Shown here: positions 47,341-53,978 of the stretch, in pieces
How positions within the stretch are numbered: position 1 is the stretch's first letter
How the letters are laid out: every line of letters starts with the position of its first letter
From: Gaiellaceae bacterium
GTDB lineage: Bacteria > Actinomycetota > Thermoleophilia > Gaiellales > Gaiellaceae
Length of the DNA stretch: 64,000 nucleotides
Direction of reading: 5' to 3'
NCBI GenBank assembly: GCA_036257855.1
Contig: DATAET010000124.1
Location: 4,087 to 68,086 of the forward strand
Program-made: the position numbers and the translations under genes
The notes under the pieces: model-generated
Database searches by the model: none
Seen by the model: the letters and a program-made list of their open reading frames with translations, nothing else
Told to the model about the DNA's origin: nothing

Positions 47341-47428
47341 GTGCACGGCGTGAGGAAGGGGGGACATGGGGGAAACATCGTTTCCCCCATGACTGAAAAC
47401 GCCCCCGGCTGCGGCTCCGGGGGCGTTT
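47341..47428 (+). repeat. tandem-hairpin intergenic module, copy A
   Basis: The order is GTGCACGGCGT, a purine run, a perfect 12-bp hairpin CATGGGGGAAAC-ATC-GTTTCCCCCATG (47365..47391), an A-rich linker, and a perfect 12-bp hairpin AAACGCCCCCGG-N8-CCGGGGGCGTTT (47397..47428). Confidence 0.6.
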
Positions 47429-47570
47429 CCCGTTCGAGGCGACCCCTTTCCGGGGCGACGAGCCGGCGAATCGTGGCTCTGCGGCCCAGCCACGCTCGTC
47501 CTGCGCCCGCCAGCGGATCCGGCGGTGGTGCCCGCGCATCCGATCTGGCGTCCGATCGTCTGCGGTGTGG
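47393..47570 (-). ncRNA. candidate ~175-nt small RNA (unclassified)
   Basis: It is bounded by a minus-strand TTGACT-N17-TATAGT promoter and by a GC hairpin followed by GUUUUC on the minus strand. The only ORFs inside it are extremely basic and read through the terminator. It contains internal stems (CGTGGCT-N9-AGCCACG) and a GATCGGA direct repeat. Confidence 0.4.
47397..47428 (-). terminator. intrinsic terminator (bidirectional shape; U-tract on minus strand)
   Basis: The GC core GCCCCCGG/CCGGGGGC is flanked by AAA on one side and TTT(T) on the other. On the minus strand it reads ...CCGGGGGCGTTTTCAG. Confidence 0.55.
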
Positions 47571-47575
47571 GCCTG

Positions 47576-47604
47576 ACTATAGGAGCCGTGTCTGGAAAAG
47601 TCAA
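47576..47604 (-). promoter_or_regulatory. near-consensus sigma-70/SigA-type promoter
   Basis: The minus strand reads TTGACT (47604..47599), a 17-nt spacer, then TATAGT (47581..47576). A second ACTTGAC copy lies 13 nt upstream (47619..47613). Confidence 0.55.
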
Positions 47605-47700
47605 GTAGCCAGGTCAAGTGATTTGGGCTACCGTTACTTCACCCCGAAGCGGTAACCGCACATCCCCCCGGCGGGGGAGAGCACCAGGCAGCAAACCGGA

Positions 47701-49080
47701 TTGACTGAAATGGGCATGCACGAGACCGCGCTTACCCCTGCATCAGGGCCGACGGCAACTGGACCGACCGCGTCCGGCGCGGGTGCCCGTCTCGGTGAGC
47801 GCGTTCGCGCGCTTCGCGTTTCCGCCGGTCTCACGCAGACGCAGCTCGCGGGCGACCGGTTCTCGAAGGAGTACATCAGCCAGATCGAGCGCGGCAAGAC
47901 GCGACCGACCGACGCGACGATCGACTGGCTCGCCCAGCAGCTCGGCGTCGACCCCGCGTTCCTCGCCTCCGGCGTCTCGACGGAGACTCGCACGAAGCTC
48001 GAGGCGGAGCTCGAGCGCGCGGAGGCGCTGTCCGCAGCCCATCGCTACGAGGAGGCCGTCGAGGCGTTCCGCGCGGTGCGGCCGGCGGTGCAGGAGGTTG
48101 GTATCGCGACCGTCGAGGCTCGTGCCCTCGCCGGCGAGGCGTGGGCTCTCCAGGAGCTCGGTCAGGTGCGAGAGGCGCTCGACCTGTTCGTCGTGGTACG
48201 CGAGAGCGCGGAGCGTCCCGAGTTTTCCGACCTCGATCGTGCGGACGTCCTCATGCGCATCGGCGTTTGCCGCTACAAGCTCTCGAGCATCTCGACGGCG
48301 ACGGCGCTCTTCGACTCGGCGCTCGAGCTCGCGGAGCGCCCAGGTCTTCCGGCGAGTGCGCTCCGCTCGGACATCCTGCAGTGGCGCTCACGCTGTCACC
48401 GTGTCATGCGCGATTACGTCGCGGCCCGCGACGACGCCGAGCGGGCGCTCGAGCTCGCACAGGACGTCGGCGATCGCGGCGCCATCGCACGCGCGTACAC
48501 GCAGGCGTCGCTCATCGCGCAGAGGCAGGGCCACTACGTTCTGTCCCGCAGCTACGCACAGCGGGCGAAGGAGCTGTGTCAGCAGTTGAACGACGAGCGG
48601 AGCGTCGGACGACTCCTGCTCATGCTGGGCGGCCTCACGCTCCTCCTGGGAGACGAGGAGCATGCGGTCGAGCACCTGAAGGCGTCCTATTCGAGGGCGC
48701 TCGATTCCGATTCCCCCGCGGACGCCGCGCAGGCGCTCGAGGGGATCGCCCGGGTTCATCTGAACCGTGGCGAATACGACCAGGCGGACGATCTGGCGCG
48801 GAAGGCGCTCGATCTGCTGCAGGGTCGGGAGGACTACCTCCACGAGGTCTGTCCGTCGCAGCTCGTACTGGGACGAGCGTTGCTCGAGCGCGGACGACTG
48901 GAAGAGGCGGAAGTGTGTTTCCGGGCAGCTGACGCTGCTGCTGAGCAGATGGCGTCGATCAGCCACCGGACGGAGGCGTGGGTCGCTCTCGGGGATCTCG
49001 CGGCGCGTCGAGGTGACGACCGCGGGGCCGCACGTCTCTATCGGAACGCCGCAGAGGCGCTCCAGGAAATCCGCTTCTAG
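47701..49080 (+). CDS. XRE-family HTH transcriptional regulator with C-terminal TPR-like repeat domain
   Basis: The Cro/C1 HTH reads LGERVRALRVSAGLTQTQLAGDRFSKEYISQIERGKTRPTDATIDWLAQQLGV. It is followed by about 9 helical-hairpin repeats (e.g. AHRYEEAVEAFRAV, GEYDQADDLARKALDLL, GRLEEAEVCFRAA). The start is uncertain: TTG 47701, ATG 47710 or ATG 47716. Confidence 0.8.
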   Translation: MTEMGMHETALTPASGPTATGPTASGAGARLGERVRALRVSAGLTQTQLAGDRFSKEYISQIERGKTRPTDATIDWLAQQLGVDPAFLASGVSTETRTKLEAELERAEALSAAHRYEEAVEAFRAVRPAVQEVGIATVEARALAGEAWALQELGQVREALDLFVVVRESAERPEFSDLDRADVLMRIGVCRYKLSSISTATALFDSALELAERPGLPASALRSDILQWRSRCHRVMRDYVAARDDAERALELAQDVGDRGAIARAYTQASLIAQRQGHYVLSRSYAQRAKELCQQLNDERSVGRLLLMLGGLTLLLGDEEHAVEHLKASYSRALDSDSPADAAQALEGIARVHLNRGEYDQADDLARKALDLLQGREDYLHEVCPSQLVLGRALLERGRLEEAEVCFRAADAAAEQMASISHRTEAWVALGDLAARRGDDRGAARLYRNAAEALQEIRF

Positions 49081-49095
49081 AGAGAGGAGGTCGCT

Positions 49096-49197
49096 ATGAA
49101 GCCGAGGCTGCTTCTCCTGCTCGTCAACCTCGCGTTGCTGGCCGCGTGGCTCGGGCAATGCGGTGGTGGACGCCACTCCTGGCCCGACGGGCTCTAG
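49096..49197 (+). CDS. 33-codon ORF encoding a signal-peptide-bearing small peptide (candidate)
   Basis: GGAGG (49086..49090) lies 5 nt upstream of ATG 49096. The peptide is MKPRLLLLLVNLALLAAWLGQCGGGRHSWPDGL*, ending at TAG 49195-49197. It is below the track's 60-aa cutoff and starts 16 nt after the regulator stop. Confidence 0.4.
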   Translation: MKPRLLLLLVNLALLAAWLGQCGGGRHSWPDGL

Positions 49198-49224
49198 GAA
49201 TCCCCGGGCTACACTCGGGCGCGT

Positions 49225-50142
49225 ATGCGCCCCGCTGCGGCACTGACCGTGCTGTCGTGCCTGCTCCTCGTCGGCTGCGGCGGGTCTGGCGGGAACGAGG
49301 CGACCACTCCCCCCGGAGGGGGTGAGACGCTGGAGCAACTCTGGCGTGCGCCCGGTGACGACGTCGCCGTGGTCCCCGGCACCGAGAGCTACGAGCCTGG
49401 GAGCGTGCGCGTGTCCTTCCTCGTCGTCGATGCCGACGGTCGGCCCGTCACGCTTCCGACGGCTCGCCTATGGGTCTCCGACGCGCTCGATCGAGCCCCC
49501 TTCCTCGAGACGGAGGCGAAGGTCGAGCGCATCGGCGTGCCCGGAGGCGCAGAGGCCGACGCGACGCATTTCTACGTCGCGAAGTTCCGCCTCCCCCGAC
49601 CCGGAAAGTACTGGCTCCTCGCCGAGCCCGAGGGAGGTTCGACCAAGGTGCAGGCCCTTGGCAACGTCGTGGTCGTGAAGCACGACCCGCCGCCGGACGT
49701 CGGCGACCCGGCACCTCCATCCGCCACGCCGACGCTCGCGTCCACGCACGGTGATCTGTCTGCGCTCACGACCCGCACGCCGCCGGACAAGACGCTGCTC
49801 CGTTACTCGGTCGCCGGCTCGCTCCGGGCGCAGGTGCCGTTCGTCGTGACTTTCGCGACCCCGAAGTTCTGCACGAGTCGGACTTGCGGGCCTATGGTCG
49901 ACGTCCTCGAGGAGGTCTCGAAGCGGTTCGAAGGCGAACGGGTCCGCTTCATCCACGTGGAGGTGTACGAGGGGAACGACCCGGCGAACGGCCTCAACCG
50001 CTGGATGCAGGAGTGGCGGCTGCCGACCGAGCCGTGGACCTTCCTCGTGGACGCGAGAGGCGTAATCGCCACTCGGCTCGAGGGCAGCGTCTCGGTCGAG
50101 GAACTCGAGACCGCGGTCAGAGACATGCTCGGCGCAGGCTGA
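49225..50142 (+). CDS. lipoprotein with C-terminal thioredoxin-like (TlpA/redoxin-type) domain
   Basis: The lipobox is LLLVGCGG. The C-terminal part is VPFVVTFATPKFCTSRTCGPMVDVLEEV...WTFLVDARGVI (thioredoxin fold, Cx4C). The N-terminal ~170 aa are beta-rich. A TACACT box lies 9 nt upstream of the ATG. Confidence 0.7.
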   Translation: MRPAAALTVLSCLLLVGCGGSGGNEATTPPGGGETLEQLWRAPGDDVAVVPGTESYEPGSVRVSFLVVDADGRPVTLPTARLWVSDALDRAPFLETEAKVERIGVPGGAEADATHFYVAKFRLPRPGKYWLLAEPEGGSTKVQALGNVVVVKHDPPPDVGDPAPPSATPTLASTHGDLSALTTRTPPDKTLLRYSVAGSLRAQVPFVVTFATPKFCTSRTCGPMVDVLEEVSKRFEGERVRFIHVEVYEGNDPANGLNRWMQEWRLPTEPWTFLVDARGVIATRLEGSVSVEELETAVRDMLGAG

Positions 50143-50143
50143 G

Positions 50144-50830
50144 CTAGACGGTATCGCCCATCCGCTCGACCACGATGTTCGGGACACGCGCCTTCGGGCT
50201 TAGCGTGAGAACGGCGCGAACGAGCGTCGCGATGTCGTCCGGCTGGATCTGCTCCTCTCCCGGAAGGCCGGTCCACTCCGTCATGCGGGTCGCGACGAAC
50301 GCGGGCGAGATCGCGGTCGCGCGGACGCCGTGCTGGGCCTCCTCGCGGTTCAGCGAGTTCGTGAACGCGATGAGGGCGGCCTTCGTCGCGCCGTAGACGG
50401 CCAGGCCAGGTGTCGGAATCGTCCCGGCGATCGACGCGAGGGTGACGATCAGGCCCCTCGAGGAGCGGAGCAGCGGGAGCGCCTCCCTCGTGACGACCAT
50501 GGTCGAACGGAGGTTCACGTCGAGCTGGAGCGCGATGCGCTTCGTGTCCTGCTCGGCGAACGGCCCTCCGATGCCGATCCCGGCCGAGTTGACGAGGACG
50601 TCCATGCCGTCGTAACGCTCGGTGTGAGCCGCGACCACGCGGACGCACTCGTCCGGCTCCGCAAGGTTCGCGGGCACCGCGTGCGCGCCGAGTTCTGCCG
50701 CAGCCTCCTCCAGGGGTTCCGGGCGTCGCGCGACGAGCGTGAGCTCGTAGCCGTCCTCACGAAGCGCGCGCGCGATCGCCAGCCCGATCCCCGAGGACCC
50801 TCCAGTGACGAGCGCCGACTTCACCGGCAT
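50144..50830 (-). CDS. SDR-family oxidoreductase
   Basis: The start is ATG 50830 (MPVKSALVTGGSSGIGLAIARAL). The sequence also has NSAGIG and YGATKAAL motifs. Confidence 0.8.
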   Translation of the reverse strand: MPVKSALVTGGSSGIGLAIARALREDGYELTLVARRPEPLEEAAAELGAHAVPANLAEPDECVRVVAAHTERYDGMDVLVNSAGIGIGGPFAEQDTKRIALQLDVNLRSTMVVTREALPLLRSSRGLIVTLASIAGTIPTPGLAVYGATKAALIAFTNSLNREEAQHGVRATAISPAFVATRMTEWTGLPGEEQIQPDDIATLVRAVLTLSPKARVPNIVVERMGDTV

Positions 50831-50915
50831 GAGTATCTCTAAGAAGGCTGAGCATTCGCGTGGGTCGAGGGCCGAAGGGCGATTCATTCGCCCGCAGGCC
50901 CACGATCGTCAACGC

Positions 50916-51005
50916 GTGCACGGCGTTAGGGAAAGGGGGCAGGTGGGGGAAGACCGTAGGTTTGCCCCCACCAAAAGAGCGGCCGCCGAGGGGGCGGCGG
51001 CCGCT
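50916..51005 (+). repeat. tandem-hairpin intergenic module, copy B
   Basis: It shares the 11-mer GTGCACGGCGT with copy A, followed by TAGGGAAAGGGGGCAG. Next come the hairpin GGTGGGGG-N15-CCCCCACC (50942..50972), AAAAG, and the hairpin AGCGGCCGCCG-AGGGGG-CGGCGGCCGCT (50978..51005). The minus strand then reads CTTTTGG. Confidence 0.6.
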
Positions 51006-51085
51006 GCGTCAGGGGGAGAGGAGAAGGGGATGGATCTCTCCATTCGCCCTGTTCGGCCGCTCGGCGGGATTTCCTTCCGCGTACA

Positions 51086-52117
51086 GTGTTCGTCGTGGAG
51101 ACCGTCGCGCTGACGTCGCTCGCACGGGCTGGGGGGTGCGCGGCGAAGTACGCAGCCGGGCGGCTCGAGACCGTGCTCGCAGGGCTCGTCCCGGCGGAGT
51201 CGGAGAACCTCTTGGTCGGTCTCGATCCCGCTGACGACGCCGCCGTCTATCGACTCGACGACGAGCGCGCGATCGTGTTCACGGTCGACTTCTTTCCGCC
51301 GCTCGTCGACGATCCGCGGACGTTCGGCGCGATCGCCGCCACCAACGCGCTGAACGACGTGTTCGCGATGGGCGGAGTGCCGCTCCTGGCTCTCTCGGTC
51401 GCGGCCTTCCCGGAGGAGCTGCCCGTCGAGGTCCTCGGCGAAGTGCTCGCCGGCGCCGACGAGCGCGTCCGCGAGGCCGGTGCGATCCTCGCCGGCGGTC
51501 ACACGATTCGCGACGCGGAGCCGAAGTACGGGCTCGCGGTCGTGGGCACGGTGCATCCCGATCGGGTCTGGCCCAAGGCCGGCGCCAGAGCCGGCGACGT
51601 GCTCCTCCTGACGAAGCCGCTCGGCACCGGGATCGTGCTGCAGGCGCAGCGCGACGGGGTCGCCTCTCCCGCGGTGTTGGATGCTGCGATCGAGTCGATG
51701 CTCGAGCTGAACATGCGCGCCGCCGATGTGCTGCGACCGTTCGAGCCGAGCGCGGTCACGGACGTCACCGGCTTCGGCCTGCTCGGCCACGTGCACGAGC
51801 TCGCTGCGCGGAGCGGCATGAGGGTGGTCCTCGACGCCGCTGCGCTTCCCGCACTTCCGGGTGCCGCGGAGCTCGCCGCGGCGGGCGTGCGGACCGGCGG
51901 CGATCGCCGGAATCGGGACTTCGTGCGCGAGAGCGTCCACAGCGACGCGGACCCCGTAATCGAGGCGCTCGCCTTCGATCCCCAGACGGCCGGCGGGCTG
52001 CTCGTGTCGATCCCGGTCGAGCGCGCGACCGTGCTCGAGGCGACCTTCGCCGGCGCCGGCCTCTTCTGCGCGCGCATCGGCCGCGTCGAGGAAGGCGACG
52101 GCATCGTCCTGCGGTGA
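51086..52117 (+). CDS. selD: selenide, water dikinase (selenophosphate synthetase), Cys-type
   Basis: LTSLARAGGCAAK is the active-site Cys/Lys loop (compare E. coli GAGCGCK). The sequence has AIR-synthase-like domains (DAAVY, FFPPLVDDP, NALNDVFAMGG). In-frame GTG 51095 is an alternative start, 7 nt after a TACAGT box. Confidence 0.85.
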   Translation: MFVVETVALTSLARAGGCAAKYAAGRLETVLAGLVPAESENLLVGLDPADDAAVYRLDDERAIVFTVDFFPPLVDDPRTFGAIAATNALNDVFAMGGVPLLALSVAAFPEELPVEVLGEVLAGADERVREAGAILAGGHTIRDAEPKYGLAVVGTVHPDRVWPKAGARAGDVLLLTKPLGTGIVLQAQRDGVASPAVLDAAIESMLELNMRAADVLRPFEPSAVTDVTGFGLLGHVHELAARSGMRVVLDAAALPALPGAAELAAAGVRTGGDRRNRDFVRESVHSDADPVIEALAFDPQTAGGLLVSIPVERATVLEATFAGAGLFCARIGRVEEGDGIVLR

Positions 52118-53034
52118 CCGCGGTCGCCGCGATCCGCGTTCGCTCGGTGTCGGCGAGCGCTTTCCTCAGGATCTCGGCTGCGTCGTGCGTCGCGCTCTTC
52201 CTCGTGATCACCTCCGGGGCGTTCGTCCGGCTGACCGGTTCCGGCCTCGGATGTGAGAACTGGCCACGCTGCGGCGACAAGCCGTACCCCGAGCAGGGCT
52301 TCCACGCATTCGTCGAGTTCGGCAACCGGATGGTCGCCCTCGTGGGCATCGTCCTCACCCTCGTGACCTGGCTGTCGTCGCGACGTGTCGCCGGGCTCTC
52401 GGGTTGGGGACGGCACGGCGCGCTCGCGGCCTTCCTCGTCGCGGCCGCGCAGATCCCGATGGGGGGCATCACGATCGCGCTCGATCTCCATCCCCTGGCG
52501 GTGATGACGCATTTCCTGCTCGGCCTCGCAGCGTTCGGACTCGCCCTCGTCGTCGCGCTCGAGGCGTGGAGTCTCCGCGATGGTCTCGCGCCGCCCGCCG
52601 GGCCGCGCTGGTTCCGGCTCTTCGTGACGGGTGCGGGACTGCCGGTGTGCATCGCGCTCGTCGTGACGGGCTCGGTCGCCACGGCGTCGGGGCCCCATCC
52701 GGGGTCGAGCGACGACGTCGAGCGGCTCGGCCTCGGCATCGTCAACACCGTGTACGTCCACGTTCGCGCTGCTGCGGCGTTCGGCATCGGCGTCCTCCTC
52801 GTCGGGTGGCTCCTGCGGCGGCTGTGCCGTGGATATCCCGGGCTCTGGAGGGTCTGGGTCGCGCTCCTCGTGGTGTTCGTCGCGCAGGGAGTCATCGGGG
52901 AGGTCCAGTACCGGAACGCGCTGCCGTGGGGCCTCGTCCTCGTACACGTCGCTCTCGCTGCGTCGATCTGGGCGCTGAGCCTCGCGCTCGCGTACACGCT
53001 CTGGCGGCCGCCCAGGCCGCTGACCCGGCAGTAG
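52114..53034 (+). CDS. ctaA: heme A synthase (COX15/CtaA family)
   Basis: The sequence has 8 predicted TM segments, FVRLTGSGLGCENWPRCG and conserved His residues (HAFVEFGNR, HFLLG, HVRAA, HVALA). The GTG start overlaps the selD stop (GTGA). Confidence 0.8.
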   Translation: MTAVAAIRVRSVSASAFLRISAASCVALFLVITSGAFVRLTGSGLGCENWPRCGDKPYPEQGFHAFVEFGNRMVALVGIVLTLVTWLSSRRVAGLSGWGRHGALAAFLVAAAQIPMGGITIALDLHPLAVMTHFLLGLAAFGLALVVALEAWSLRDGLAPPAGPRWFRLFVTGAGLPVCIALVVTGSVATASGPHPGSSDDVERLGLGIVNTVYVHVRAAAAFGIGVLLVGWLLRRLCRGYPGLWRVWVALLVVFVAQGVIGEVQYRNALPWGLVLVHVALAASIWALSLALAYTLWRPPRPLTRQ

Positions 53035-53043
53035 GCTTCTCCG

Positions 53044-53946
53044 ATGGCCCGTGAGCTCAAGATCTACGAGCGTCCCTCCACGCTCGAGCGACCGGTGCTC
53101 ATCGGCGCGTTTCGCGGGTGGAACGACGGCGGCCAGGCCGCGACGCTCGCCGCCGGCTACCTCGCGCGGCTCTGGGGCGCGAGGAAGTTCGCCGAGATCG
53201 ACCCCGAGCTGTTCGTGGACTTCCAGGCGACTCGGCCACTCGTCTCGCTCGAGGAAGGGCGGACGCGGAAGATCGAGTGGCCGGAGAACACCTTCTTCCG
53301 GGCGCGGATCCCGAACGCGAACCGCGACGCGATTCTCCTCGTCGGCGTCGAGCCGAACTACCGGTGGAGGACGTTCAGCGCACTCGTCACGGACCTCGCG
53401 AAGGAGCTCGGCGTCGAGCTCGCGGTGACGCTCGGCGCGCTCGTCGCCGACGTGCCCCATACGCGGCCCGCGCCGGTCACGGGTGCCGCCACGGATCCGC
53501 AGCTCGTCGACGAGCTCGGTCTGCAGCTCTCGCGGTACGAGGGGCCGACCGGGATCGTCGGGGTGCTGCTCGACTCCTGCCGCCGGGTGGGGATCCCCTC
53601 CGTGAGCCTGTGGGCGGCGGTGCCGCACTACGTCCAGCTCGCGCCGAGCCCGCCCGCGGCGAAGGCGCTGTGCGAGCGGCTCGCCGACGTTCTCTCAACC
53701 GAGATCGACGTGAGCGAGCTCGACGAGGCGTCGGAGGAGTACGTCGACCAGGTGTCCCAAGCTGTCGCGACGGACTCGGATACGGCCAGCTACGTGGAAG
53801 AGCTCGAGCGTCGCGCGGACTCCCTCGAGCTCCTCGAGGACTCGCAGGAGTTCCCGTCCGGCGAGGCGTTGGCGCAGGAGATCGCCCGCTTCCTTCGCGA
53901 CCGTGAGGCCAACGGCGACACTCCGGAGTCCGGAGGCCCGGGCTAG
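53044..53946 (+). CDS. PAC2-family protein (proteasome-assembly-chaperone-like)
   Basis: PVLIGAFRGWNDGGQAAT...LLVGVEPNYRWRTF...YEGPTGIVGVL...SLWAAVPHYV is the typical actinobacterial PAC2 pattern. The tail is acidic. Confidence 0.75.
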   Translation: MARELKIYERPSTLERPVLIGAFRGWNDGGQAATLAAGYLARLWGARKFAEIDPELFVDFQATRPLVSLEEGRTRKIEWPENTFFRARIPNANRDAILLVGVEPNYRWRTFSALVTDLAKELGVELAVTLGALVADVPHTRPAPVTGAATDPQLVDELGLQLSRYEGPTGIVGVLLDSCRRVGIPSVSLWAAVPHYVQLAPSPPAAKALCERLADVLSTEIDVSELDEASEEYVDQVSQAVATDSDTASYVEELERRADSLELLEDSQEFPSGEALAQEIARFLRDREANGDTPESGGPG

Positions 53947-53953
53947 CGAGCGA

Positions 53954-53978
53954 AAGACGCGGCTCTAGGCCGCGTCTT
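53954..53978. terminator. 10-bp hairpin shared by convergent PAC2 and helicase genes
   Basis: The sequence is AAGACGCGGC-TCTAG-GCCGCGTCTT. The loop contains the helicase stop codon (CTA 53965-53967). Confidence 0.45.

Noticed and set aside
47352-47391. 8-codon mini-ORF ATG GGG GAA ACA TCG TTT CCC CCA TGA behind a purine-rich run, as a possible leader peptide or attenuator.
   Set aside because: The ORF is simply the two arms of the 12-bp palindrome. The purine run ends only 2 nt from the ATG. Copy B has no equivalent short ORF.
47284-47655. Tracked ORFs in the long spacer (47335..47655 +, 47284..47604 -, 47309..47617 -).
   Set aside because: They are hyper-basic and G/S/R/P-rich, with weaker third-position GC bias than real genes. 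They run through perfect hairpins and terminators, and the minus-strand ones start upstream of the predicted TSS.
50831-51085. Possible tRNA-Sec (selC) or a SECIS-related element next to selD.
   Set aside because: On neither strand could I build an 8/5 acceptor/T-arm cloverleaf. I found no anticodon loop with U-UCA-R and no GTTCGA-type T-loop. The hairpins belong to repeat copy B. tRNAscan/Secmarker would be decisive.
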